Below, in pieces: positions 1 through 8,922 of a DNA stretch of 24,000 bases. The DNA comes from Pseudomonas indica NBRC 103045 (lineage in GTDB: Bacteria > Pseudomonadota > Gammaproteobacteria > Pseudomonadales > Pseudomonadaceae): assembly GCF_002091635.1 (NCBI RefSeq), contig NZ_BDAC01000005.1:245606-269605 (forward strand). The letters are read 5' to 3'. Numbering within the stretch: position 1 is the stretch's first letter; each line of letters begins with the position of its first letter. The translations under genes and the position numbers were made by a program. The notes below the pieces were generated by a model that saw nothing but the letters and a program-made list of their open reading frames with translations, made no database searches and was not told the origin of the DNA.

Positions 1-44
1 GCATTGGACACTGATCGAGCCCCCGGCATTTCGAGTGAAAGGGA

Positions 45-964
45 ATGAATCGCAACGACCTGCGCCGCGTCGACCTCAACCTGCTGATCGTGTTCGAAAC
101 GCTCATGCACGAGCGCAGCGTGACACGCGCGGCGGAAAAACTCTTCCTCGGCCAACCGGCGATCAGCGCCGCCTCGCCCGCCTGCGCTCGCTGTTCGACG
201 ACCCGCTGTTCGTCCGCACCGGGCGCAGCATGGAGCCCACCGCCCGGGCCCAGGAAATCTTCAACCACCTGTCGCCGGCGCTGGATTCGATCTCCACCGC
301 CATCAGCCGTTCGCAGAGCTTCGACCCGGCCACCGCCGAGGCGGTGTTCCGCATCGGCCTGTCCGACGAAGTGGAGTTCGCCCTGCTGCCACCGATGCTG
401 CGGCGCATCCGTACCGAGGCGCCGGGGGTGGTGCTGGTGGTGCGCCGTGCCAACTATCTATTGATGCCCAGCCTGCTGGCCTCCGGCGAGATTTCCGTGG
501 GCGTGAGCTATACCGACGAGCTGCCGGCCAACTCCAAGCGCAAGACGTTGCGACGCAGCCGCCCCAAACTGTTACGTGCCGACTCGGCGCCGGGGCCGAT
601 GAGCCTGGACGACTTCTGCACCCGGCCGCATGCCATGGTGTCGTTCGCCGGAGACCTCGACGGCTTCATCGACGAGGAACTGGCCGTGCTCAATCGCACC
701 CGCAAGGTGGTGCTGGCGGTGCCGCAGTTCAACGGCCTGGGCAGCCTGCTGGCCGGCACCGACCTGGTCGCCACGGTGCCGGACTATGCCGCCGACGTGC
801 TGGCGGCCGGCGGCGGTCTGCGCGTGGAAGAGCTGCCCTTCGAAACCGAGCGTTCCTTCGAGTTGTCCATGGCCTGGCGCGGTGCGCTGGACAACGACCC
901 CGCCGAGCGCTGGCTGCGTTCGCGCATCCAGATGTTCGTCGGCGATCCGGACAGCCTGCAATGA
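45..964 (+). pseudogene. mexT: LysR-family transcriptional activator, MexT-like, split by an apparent 1-nt frame break at about 171-176. The wHTH N-terminus lies in the frame of ATG 45. The co-inducer domain lies in the frame of ORF 35..964.
   Basis: The frame from 45 gives MNRNDLRRVDLNLLIVFETLMHERSVTRAAEKLFLGQPAISAA, a typical LysR HTH, and then turns into nonsense. The other frame continues LARLRSLFDDPLFVRTGRSMEPTARAQ...DNDPAERWLRSRIQMFVGDPDSLQ. An SD-like gaaaggg precedes ATG 45. The gene sits directly upstream of mexEF-oprN, as in P. aeruginosa. Confidence 0.75.
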
Positions 965-1060
965 TTCCGGGCGGCACCGTCATGGTTCACGGCACCTGTC
1001 CATTCGCGCCGACCGCCGTCTTTCCGTCCATCGATGGCGCCACCTTGGTGCAGTGCAAAC

Positions 1061-1102
1061 ATCATTGTTCGTGATAATCAAAATCTTAGCGTTCGATTAG
1101 CG
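1061..1102 (+). promoter_or_regulatory. Candidate LysR (MexT-type) operator region upstream of mexE
   Basis: There is a dyad ATCA-N7-TGAT (atcattgttcgtgat, 1061-1075), which also fits T-N11-A. Two direct TTAGCG repeats lie 11 bp apart (1086-1091 and 1097-1102). The site is 60-100 bp upstream of the mexE ATG. It is only a partial match to the published P. aeruginosa MexT box as I recall it. Confidence 0.3.
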
Positions 1103-1161
1103 CTCGGCAGGGGCCGCCAGCAGACTTCACGGGTCTATTAATCCGACTAGCGGAGTCAGCA

Positions 1162-2388
1162 ATGGAACAGTCACTCAAGGCCTTGCGTTTGCCCCTGGCC
1201 GCTCTTGCCGTCGTCGTACTCAGTGCCTGCGGCCGCGCGCCGGAAGCCACTACCGCGGCTCCGGTGCCCAGCGTCAGCGTAGCCAAGGTGATCCAGCAGC
1301 CCATTAACGAATGGGACGAGCTCACCGGCCGCCTGGAAGCACCGGAATCGGTGGAAATCCGCCCGCGCGTTTCCGGCTACATCGACCGCGTCGCCTTCAC
1401 CGAAGGCTCGCTGGTGAAGAAAGGCGACCTGCTGTTCCAGATCGACCCGCGTCCGTTCGAGGCCGAGGTGAAGCGTCTGGAAGCGCAACTGCAACAGGCC
1501 CGCGCCAACCAGACCCGTACCGCCAGCGAGGCCCAGCGTGGCGAGCGCCTGCGTTCGAGCAACGCGATCTCCGCCGAACTGGCCGATGCCCGCGCCAGCG
1601 CCGCCCAGGAAGCCAAGGCCGCGGTCGCCGCGATCCAGGCGCAACTGGAGGCCGCCCGCCTCAACCTCAGCTTCACCCAGGTCACTGCCCCCATCGACGG
1701 TCGCGTCGGCCGCGCCGAGGTGACCGCCGGCAACCTCGTCAATACCGGCGAATCGCTGCTCACCACCCTGGTTTCCACCGACAAGGTCTACGCCTACTTC
1801 GAGGCCGACGAGCGCGTCTTCCTCAAGTACAACGAGCTGGCCCGCCAGGGCGCGCGCGGCGAGGAAAGCCCGGTCTACCTCGGCCTGAGCAACGAGGACG
1901 GCCATCCGCACCTGGGCCACATGGACTTCATGGACAACCAGGTCGACCCGCGTACCGGCACCATCCGCGGTCGTGCCGTGTTCGACAACCGCGACGGCCG
2001 CTTCACCCCCGGCCTTTATGCCCGTCTCAAGCTGGTCGGCAGCGGCACCTACGACGCCGTGCTGATCAAGGACGTCGCGGTGGGCACCGACCTGGGCAAG
2101 AAGTTCGTCCTGGTGCTCGACGCGGAAGGCAAGGTGAATTACCGCGCCATCGACCTGGGACCGAAGCTGCAGGGCCTGCGCATCGTTCGCAACGGTCTTG
2201 GCGAAGGCGACCGCATCGTGGTCAACGGCCTGCAGCGGGTACGCCCGGGCATGGCGGTGCAGGCCCAGGACGTGCCGATGGCCGACGAGCAGACCCTCGC
2301 CGCCCTGCGCGAACAGCGCCGTGCCGTGGAAGCGGCCCAGGCGCCACGGGTCGCCGACCGGCGCGCACCGGCCAAACCGAGAAGCTGA
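1162..2388 (+). CDS. mexE: RND efflux periplasmic adaptor (membrane fusion) lipoprotein, MexE-like
   Basis: 408-aa ORF with a lipobox signal peptide (LAVVVLSAC). It has HlyD/MFP-type coiled-coil and barrel motifs (RPRVSGYI, GDLLFQIDPRPF, LNLSFTQVTAPIDGRVG). An SD ggag precedes the ATG. It lies between mexT and the RND pump gene. Confidence 0.9.
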   Translation: MEQSLKALRLPLAALAVVVLSACGRAPEATTAAPVPSVSVAKVIQQPINEWDELTGRLEAPESVEIRPRVSGYIDRVAFTEGSLVKKGDLLFQIDPRPFEAEVKRLEAQLQQARANQTRTASEAQRGERLRSSNAISAELADARASAAQEAKAAVAAIQAQLEAARLNLSFTQVTAPIDGRVGRAEVTAGNLVNTGESLLTTLVSTDKVYAYFEADERVFLKYNELARQGARGEESPVYLGLSNEDGHPHLGHMDFMDNQVDPRTGTIRGRAVFDNRDGRFTPGLYARLKLVGSGTYDAVLIKDVAVGTDLGKKFVLVLDAEGKVNYRAIDLGPKLQGLRIVRNGLGEGDRIVVNGLQRVRPGMAVQAQDVPMADEQTLAALREQRRAVEAAQAPRVADRRAPAKPRS

Positions 2389-2475
2389 TAACCGAGCGGC
2401 CGGGCCAACCCGCCGCCATGACAGAACACCGAAGCGGACTGCTGCCTGCGCGCGGCATTTTCCAGGAGCGCTTCC

Positions 2476-5400
2476 ATGAAATTCTCGCAATTTTTCATCC
2501 AGCGGCCGATCTTCGCCGCCGTGCTCTCACTGATCATCCTGATCGGCGGAGCCATCTCGCTGTTCCAGTTGCCGATCAGCGAATACCCGGACGTGGTGCC
2601 GCCCACCGTGGTGGTGCGCGCCAACTTCCCCGGCGCCAACCCCAAGGTGATCGGCGAAACCGTCGCCTCGCCGCTGGAGCAGGCGATCACCGGCGTCGAG
2701 GGCATGCTGTACATGTCGTCCCAGGCCACCGCCGACGGCAAGATGACCCTGACCATCACCTTCGCCCTCGGTACCGACCTGGATAACGCCCAGGTCCAGG
2801 TGCAGAACCGGGTGACCCGGACCATGCCGACCCTGCCCACCGAAGTGCAGCGTCTCGGCGTGACCGTGGACAAGGCCTCCCCCGACCTGACCATGGTGGT
2901 GCACCTGACCTCGCCGGACGACCGCTACGACATGCTCTACCTGTCCAACTACGCCGCGCTCAACGTCAAGGACGAGCTGGCGCGGCTGGACGGCGTGGGC
3001 GACGTGCAGCTCTTCGGCCTCGGCAACTACTCGCTGCGCGTCTGGCTGGACCCGAACAAGGTGGCCTCGCGCAACCTCACCGCCACCGACGTGGTCAACG
3101 CCATCCGCGAGCAGAACCGCCAGGTGGCGGCCGGCTCCCTGGGCGCTCCGCCGGCGCCGGGCGAAACCAGCTTCCAGTTGTCCATCAACACCCAGGGCCG
3201 CCTGGTCACCGAGGAAGAATTCGAGAACATCATCATCCGCGCCGGCGACGACGGCGAGATCACCCGGCTGAAGGACATCGCCCGCATCGAGCTGGGCTCC
3301 AGCCAGTACGCCCTGCGCTCGCTGCTGGACAACAAGCCGGCGGTGGCCATCCCGATCTTCCAGCGGCCCGGCTCCAACGCCATCGCCATCTCCGACCTGG
3401 TGCGCGAGCGCATGGCCGAGTTGAAGAAGAACTTCCCGGAAGGCGTGGACTATTCCATCGTCTATGACCCGACCATCTTCGTCCGTGGCTCCATCGAGGC
3501 CGTGGTGCATACCCTGCTGGAGGCCATCGTTCTGGTGGTCCTGGTGGTGGTGCTGTTCCTGCAGACCTGGCGCGCCTCGATCATCCCGCTGGCGGCCGTC
3601 CCGGTATCGCTGATCGGTACCTTCGCGGTGATGCACCTGTTCGGCTTCTCGCTCAACGCGCTGTCGCTGTTCGGCCTGGTGCTGGCCATCGGTATCGTGG
3701 TGGACGACGCCATCGTGGTGGTGGAGAACGTCGAGCGCAACATCGGCCTCGGCAAGACCCCGGTGGAGGCCACCAAGCAGGCCATGAAAGAAGTGACCGG
3801 GCCGATCATCGCCACCGCCCTGGTGCTCTGCGCCGTGTTCGTGCCAACCGCGTTCATTTCCGGCCTCACCGGCCAGTTCTACCAGCAGTTCGCACTGACC
3901 ATCGCGATCTCCACGGTGATCTCGGCGTTCAACTCGCTGACCCTGTCGCCAGCCCTGGCCGCCACCCTGCTCAAGGGGCATCACGAGCCGAAGGACGCTT
4001 TCTCGCGCTTCCTCGACAAGCTGCTCGGCGGCTGGCTGTTCAAACCGTTCAACCGCCTGTTCGACCGCGCCAGCCATGGTTATGTCGGCACCGTACGGCG
4101 CGTGCTGCGCGGCAGCTCCATCGCACTGATCGTCTACGGCGGGTTGATGGGCCTCACCTACCTGGGCTTCTCCAGCACCCCGACCGGCTTCGTGCCGGGG
4201 CAGGACAAGCAGTACCTGGTGGCCTTCGCCCAATTGCCCGACGCCTCCACCCTCGATCGCAGCGAAGACGTGATTCGCCAGATGTCGGCCATCGCCAGCA
4301 AGCATCCGGGCGTGGAAAGCACCGTGGCCTTCCCCGGCCTGTCGATCAACGGCTTCACCAACAGCCCGAACAGCGGCATCGTCTTCGTCACGCTGAAGCC
4401 GTTCGACCAGCGCAAGGACCCGTCGCTCTCGGCCAATGCCATCGCCGGCGCGCTGCAAGGGCAGTTCGGCGCGATCCAGGAAGCCTTCATCGCCATCTTC
4501 CCGCCGCCGCCGGTCATGGGGCTCGGCACCATCGGCGGTTTCCGCGTGCAGATCCAGGATCGCGGCAGCCTCGGCTATGAAGAGCTCTACGCGCAGATGC
4601 AGAACGTCATCGCCAAGAGCCAGAGCGTGCCGGAGCTGGCCGGGCTGTTCTCCAGCTACCAGGTGAACGTGCCGCAGATCGACGCCGCCATCGACCGCGA
4701 GAAGGCCAAGACCCATGGCGTGGCGATCAGCGACATCTTCGACACTCTGCAGATCTACCTGGGCTCGCTGTACGCCAACGACTTCAACCGCTTTGGCCGT
4801 ACCTACCAGGTGAACGTCCAGGCCGAGCAGCAGTTCCGCCTGGAGCCCGAGCAGATTGGCCAGCTCAAGGTGCGCAACAACCGGGGCGAGATGGTTCCGC
4901 TGTCCACCTTCGTCAAGGTCAGCGACGCCTCCGGGCCGGATCGGGTGATGCACTACAACGGCTTCCTCACCGCCGAAATCAACGGCGCAGCCGCACCGGG
5001 CTACAGCTCCGGCCAGGCCGAGGCCGCCATGGAGAAACTGCTGCGCGAGGAATTGCCCAACGGCATGACCTACGAATGGACCGACCTGACCTACCAGCAG
5101 ATTCTCGCCGGCAACACCGCGATCTTCGTCTTCCCGCTCTGCGTGCTGCTGGCCTTCCTGGTACTGGCCGCCCAGTACGAAAGCTGGAGCCTGCCGCTGG
5201 CGGTGATCCTGATCGTGCCGATGACATTGCTGTCCGCCATCACCGGAGTGATCCTCTCCGGCGGCGACAACAACATCTTTACCCAGATCGGCCTGATCGT
5301 ACTGGTGGGCCTGGCATGCAAGAACGCGATCCTCATCGTCGAGTTCGCCAAGGACAAGCAAGAGGAAGGCATGGATCGTCTCAGTGCGGTGCTGGAAGCC

Positions 5401-5646
5401 TGCCGCCTGCGTCTGCGGCCGATCCTGATGACCAGCTTCGCCTTCATCATGGGGGTGGTGCCGCTGGTGCTCTCCTCCGGCGCCGGTGCCGAAATGCGCC
5501 ACGCCATGGGTGTGGCGGTGTTCTCCGGCATGCTCGGGGTGACCTTCTTTGGCCTGTTGCTGACCCCGGTGTTCTACCTGTTGATCCGTGCGTTCGTGGA
5601 GAAACGCGAAGCGAAGAAAGCCCAACTGAAGGAGGCCCACGCATGA
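2476..5646 (+). CDS. mexF: RND multidrug efflux inner-membrane transporter, MexF-like
   Basis: 1056-aa ORF with a canonical AcrB/HAE1 N-terminus (MKFSQFFIQRPIFAAVLSLIILIGG) and conserved TM4 (VLAIGIVVDDAIVVVENVERN). It has 12-TM architecture. An SD aggag lies 9 nt upstream. Confidence 0.95.
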   Translation: MKFSQFFIQRPIFAAVLSLIILIGGAISLFQLPISEYPDVVPPTVVVRANFPGANPKVIGETVASPLEQAITGVEGMLYMSSQATADGKMTLTITFALGTDLDNAQVQVQNRVTRTMPTLPTEVQRLGVTVDKASPDLTMVVHLTSPDDRYDMLYLSNYAALNVKDELARLDGVGDVQLFGLGNYSLRVWLDPNKVASRNLTATDVVNAIREQNRQVAAGSLGAPPAPGETSFQLSINTQGRLVTEEEFENIIIRAGDDGEITRLKDIARIELGSSQYALRSLLDNKPAVAIPIFQRPGSNAIAISDLVRERMAELKKNFPEGVDYSIVYDPTIFVRGSIEAVVHTLLEAIVLVVLVVVLFLQTWRASIIPLAAVPVSLIGTFAVMHLFGFSLNALSLFGLVLAIGIVVDDAIVVVENVERNIGLGKTPVEATKQAMKEVTGPIIATALVLCAVFVPTAFISGLTGQFYQQFALTIAISTVISAFNSLTLSPALAATLLKGHHEPKDAFSRFLDKLLGGWLFKPFNRLFDRASHGYVGTVRRVLRGSSIALIVYGGLMGLTYLGFSSTPTGFVPGQDKQYLVAFAQLPDASTLDRSEDVIRQMSAIASKHPGVESTVAFPGLSINGFTNSPNSGIVFVTLKPFDQRKDPSLSANAIAGALQGQFGAIQEAFIAIFPPPPVMGLGTIGGFRVQIQDRGSLGYEELYAQMQNVIAKSQSVPELAGLFSSYQVNVPQIDAAIDREKAKTHGVAISDIFDTLQIYLGSLYANDFNRFGRTYQVNVQAEQQFRLEPEQIGQLKVRNNRGEMVPLSTFVKVSDASGPDRVMHYNGFLTAEINGAAAPGYSSGQAEAAMEKLLREELPNGMTYEWTDLTYQQILAGNTAIFVFPLCVLLAFLVLAAQYESWSLPLAVILIVPMTLLSAITGVILSGGDNNIFTQIGLIVLVGLACKNAILIVEFAKDKQEEGMDRLSAVLEACRLRLRPILMTSFAFIMGVVPLVLSSGAGAEMRHAMGVAVFSGMLGVTFFGLLLTPVFYLLIRAFVEKREAKKAQLKEAHA

Positions 5647-7076
5647 CGCGGCCGTTCGCAACCCCGACGACCTCGCGGCCCACGGCGCTACGCGCGCCGC
5701 TGGCCCTGGCGCTGAGCCTGGTCCTTTCCGCCTGTGCCGTGGGCCCCGATTACCAGGCGCCGCAAACCGAGCCGGCGCGCCTCGCCCAGGCACAGGACGC
5801 GGGCTATGACCGTGCGCGCTTCGAATCGGCCTGGTGGCACCAGTTCGACGATCCGACCCTGGATCGCCTGGTCGACAAGGCCCTGGCGGAAAACCGCCAA
5901 CTGCGTGTCGCCTATGCCCGTCTGCAGGCGGCCCGGGCGATCCGCGACGACGTCGGCAACGACCAGTTGCCCACCGTCACCAGCCGCGCCAGCGCCGAGA
6001 TCGGAAAGGGCCAGCAGCCGGGGCAGACCGAGAATCGGGTGAATGCCGAGCGTTACGACCTCGGCCTGGACATGGCTTGGGAGCTGGACCTGTTCGGCCG
6101 CATCCAGCGCCAGATCGAGGCCAGCGATGCCGAGATCGGCGTCGCCGAGGCCGAGCTGCAGCAGTTGCAGGTCAGCCTGATCGCCGAGCTGGTGGATGCC
6201 TATGGCAACCTGCGCGGCGCCCAGCTGCGCGAACGTATCGCCCGGGAGAACCTGAAGAACCAGCAGGAGTCCCGCGCCCTGACCGAGCAACTGCGCGAAG
6301 CCGGTATCGGCAGCGAGCTGGACGTACTGCGCGCCGATGCCCGCTTGGCGTCCACCGAAGCCACGCTGCCGCGTCTGCAAGCCGAACAGGTGCGGGCGCG
6401 CAACCGCATCGCCACCCTGCTCGGCCAACGCCCGGATCAGTTGGCCGAAGACCTCGCGCCCCGCGAGCTGCCGGCCATTGCCAAGGCCCTGCCGGTGGGC
6501 GACCCGGCTGAACTGCTGCGCCGCCGGCCGGACATCCGCGCGGCCGAACGCCAGTTGGCCGCCGCCACGGCGAATGTCGGCGTCGCCACGGCCGACCTGT
6601 TCCCACGGGTCAGCCTGTCCGGCTTCCTCGGTTTCACCGCCGGGCGCGGCTCGCAGATCGGCTCGTCGGCGGCACGGGCCTGGGGTGTGGCGCCAACCAT
6701 CAGTTGGGCCGCCTTCGACCTCGGCAGCGTCCGCGCCCGCCTGCGCGGTGCGAAAGCCGACGCCGACGGTGCCCTCGCCCAGTACGAGCAGCAGGTGCTG
6801 CTGGCATTGGAAGAGTCGGAAAACGCCTTCAGCGACTACGGCAAGACCCAGCAGCGGCTGCTGTCGCTGCTGCGCCAGTCCGAAGCCAGTCGCGCGGCGG
6901 CCGAGCAGGCGGCGATCCGCTACCGCGAAGGCACGGTGGATTTCCTCGTGCTGCTCGATGCCGAACGCGAGCGCCTGGCGGCGGAAGACGCCCAGGCCCA
7001 GGCGGAAGTCGAGCTGTACCAGGGCATCGTGGCCATCTACAAGGCGCTCGGGGGTGGCTGGCAACCCCAGGCTTGA
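5643..7076 (+). CDS. oprN: Outer-membrane efflux lipoprotein (NodT/OprM family), OprN-like
   Basis: The start ATG at 5643 overlaps the mexF stop (ATGA). The product has a lipobox (LSLVLSAC) followed by AVGPDYQAP, the hallmark of NodT-family factors. It is about 477 aa and ends at 7076. Confidence 0.9.
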   Translation: MTRPFATPTTSRPTALRAPLALALSLVLSACAVGPDYQAPQTEPARLAQAQDAGYDRARFESAWWHQFDDPTLDRLVDKALAENRQLRVAYARLQAARAIRDDVGNDQLPTVTSRASAEIGKGQQPGQTENRVNAERYDLGLDMAWELDLFGRIQRQIEASDAEIGVAEAELQQLQVSLIAELVDAYGNLRGAQLRERIARENLKNQQESRALTEQLREAGIGSELDVLRADARLASTEATLPRLQAEQVRARNRIATLLGQRPDQLAEDLAPRELPAIAKALPVGDPAELLRRRPDIRAAERQLAAATANVGVATADLFPRVSLSGFLGFTAGRGSQIGSSAARAWGVAPTISWAAFDLGSVRARLRGAKADADGALAQYEQQVLLALEESENAFSDYGKTQQRLLSLLRQSEASRAAAEQAAIRYREGTVDFLVLLDAERERLAAEDAQAQAEVELYQGIVAIYKALGGGWQPQA

Positions 7077-7117
7077 TCGCTTTTCCTCCCTGATCGGCGC
7101 TCCTGACCGATCGCCTC

Positions 7118-7154
7118 GCCCGCGACACCCACGCTCCTGGTCGCGGGCTTTTTT
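7118..7154 (+). terminator. Rho-independent terminator of mexEF-oprN
   Basis: A perfect 9-bp GC-rich stem (gcccgcgac at 7118-7126, gtcgcgggc at 7140-7148) is followed by six T's (7149-7154). It lies 42 nt after the oprN stop. Confidence 0.75.
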
Positions 7155-7178
7155 ATTGGGCTCTGTCGCTCTGCACCC

Positions 7179-7489
7179 GTAGGGGCGATCCCATTGCCCG
7201 GCGATACTGAACTGGGCGAATAAATTCGCCCCTACGAGGAAGCCTGGCGTTGCCGCTGTAGGAACAAGCTCCTGCTCGCAAAATCGGCAGCGCAGAGCTT
7301 CTGCCAGCAGAGCTGGCTCCTATAGAAGCGGGTCAGACATGCACTCACTTGTAGGGACGAATTCATTCGCCCGACGAGGGTGGGTTTAGGCGAATACATT
7401 CGCCCCAACGAGGAAGCTGGCGTTGCCGTTGTAGGAGCGAGCTCTGCTCGCGAAATCGGCAGTGCAGAAGCTTCGCCAGCAGAGCTGGC
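7179..7489. repeat. REP (repetitive extragenic palindrome) cluster A. It holds at least six hairpin elements of two or three families, including a tandem pair of ~100-bp composite units.
   Basis: Palindromes of type GGGCGAAT..ATTCGCCC occur at 7179-7200 (degenerate), 7215-7236, 7349-7375 and 7389-7410. TGTAGGAGCGAGC..GCTCGCGAA-type elements occur at about 7255-7283 and about 7428-7460. GCCAGCagaGCTGGC hairpins occur at 7303-7317 and 7475-7489. Confidence 0.85.
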
Positions 7490-7611
7490 CCAACACCGAA
7501 TCGGCAAAAATCCGCTCACCACGACCACATAAATGGCGAACTTCCGCCACATCCTGCGCTCGACACGTCAATTCGTTGGCTAAAATCAGGCATGGCCAAA
7601 TGCCAACTATT

Positions 7612-7626
7612 TGGCACAAGCATTGC
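7612..7626 (+). promoter_or_regulatory. Sigma-54 (RpoN) -24/-12 promoter for dctP
   Basis: TGGCAC (7612-7617), N5 (aagca), TTGC (7623-7626) matches the TGGCAC-N5-TTGC consensus exactly. It is on the + strand, about 145 nt upstream of the dctP ATG. C4-dicarboxylate transport genes in Pseudomonas are known to depend on RpoN and DctBD. Confidence 0.6.
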
Positions 7627-7751
7627 GATGCAGTCGCGCCAAAGTTTGGGATGGACCTTCGATGGGGAACGACGCTTCGCGTCGATCAGGTCATCCGAAC
7701 CACAGCCGACACACACCGGGCAGCCCCTCGCCGCCCGACATCGATCAATAA

Positions 7752-8777
<1,026 letters not shown>

Positions 8778-8784
8778 TGCCCCT

Positions 8785-8809
8785 GCGGGCCGCCCGAACG
8801 GCGGCCCGC
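8785..8809. terminator. Hairpin between the convergent dctP and cio operon ends (possible bidirectional terminator)
   Basis: It has a perfect 10-bp stem (gcgggccgcc at 8785-8794, ggcggcccgc at 8800-8809) and a 5-nt loop. It lies between the stop at 8777 (+) and the stop at 8812 (-). There is no clear U-tract. Confidence 0.45.
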
Positions 8810-8811
8810 AC

Positions 8812-8922
8812 TCAGCCCATCCCCATCGCCCAGCGCACCCCGTAGGCCAGCAGCGACACCGCCGCCACGCCGCCGCACCAGAGCCCGACGAACCAGGCCA
8901 GTTGCCGCCAGCGCGTGCCCAT
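8812..8922 (-). CDS. Small (36 aa) single-pass membrane protein translationally coupled to cioB. It is a candidate accessory subunit of the bd-type oxidase.
   Basis: Sequence: MGTRWRQLAWFVGLWCGGVAAVSLLAYGVRWAMGMG. Its ATG (8920-8922) shares one nt with the cioB stop (TGATG). 35 of 36 codons end in G or C, the same as neighbouring genes. It has one hydrophobic helix flanked by Arg and Trp. The six-frame track hides it inside a longer spurious ORF (8812..9588). Confidence 0.55.
   Translation of the reverse strand: MGTRWRQLAWFVGLWCGGVAAVSLLAYGVRWAMGMG

Noticed and set aside
35-173. GTG 35 as the genuine start of a 309-aa LysR protein
   Set aside because: The first 46 or so residues (MKGNESQRPAPRRPQPADRVRNAHARAQRDTRGGK...) are out-of-frame Arg/Pro-rich text with no HTH. 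The real LysR HTH is encoded in the neighbouring frame from ATG 45.
1311-2786. Overlapping same-strand alternative-frame ORFs, for example 1311..2786, 5076..5642 (the upstream part of the oprN frame), 5834..6511, 6337..7182, 7592..8560, 12812..13750, 15471..16100, 18153..19157 and 19572..20078
   Set aside because: They are off-frame or upstream extensions of real genes. Their composition is Arg/Pro/Gly-rich, as is typical of wrong frames in GC-rich DNA. Better starts with SD sequences or ATGA coupling define the true genes.
2527-5793. A very long ORF (1088 aa) antisense to mexF. Similar long antisense ORFs lie opposite mexE (1171..2490), oprN (5688..7064), the ferritin-like genes (12576..14078), glgA (16802..18226), treZ (18250..19776), malQ (20061..21953) and treY (22157..23947).
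   Set aside because: These are classic high-GC shadow ORFs. Their products are Arg/Gly/Ala/His-rich low-complexity text with no motifs. Each exactly mirrors a sense-strand gene that has unmistakable family signatures.
7179-7489. Possible CRISPR array or MITE/IS remnant, suggested by the repeated palindromes (also at 14480-14745)
   Set aside because: The repeats are heterogeneous REP-type palindromes in mixed orientation. There are no regular repeat-spacer units, no cas genes, no terminal inverted repeats flanking a transposase, and no target-site duplications that I could see.
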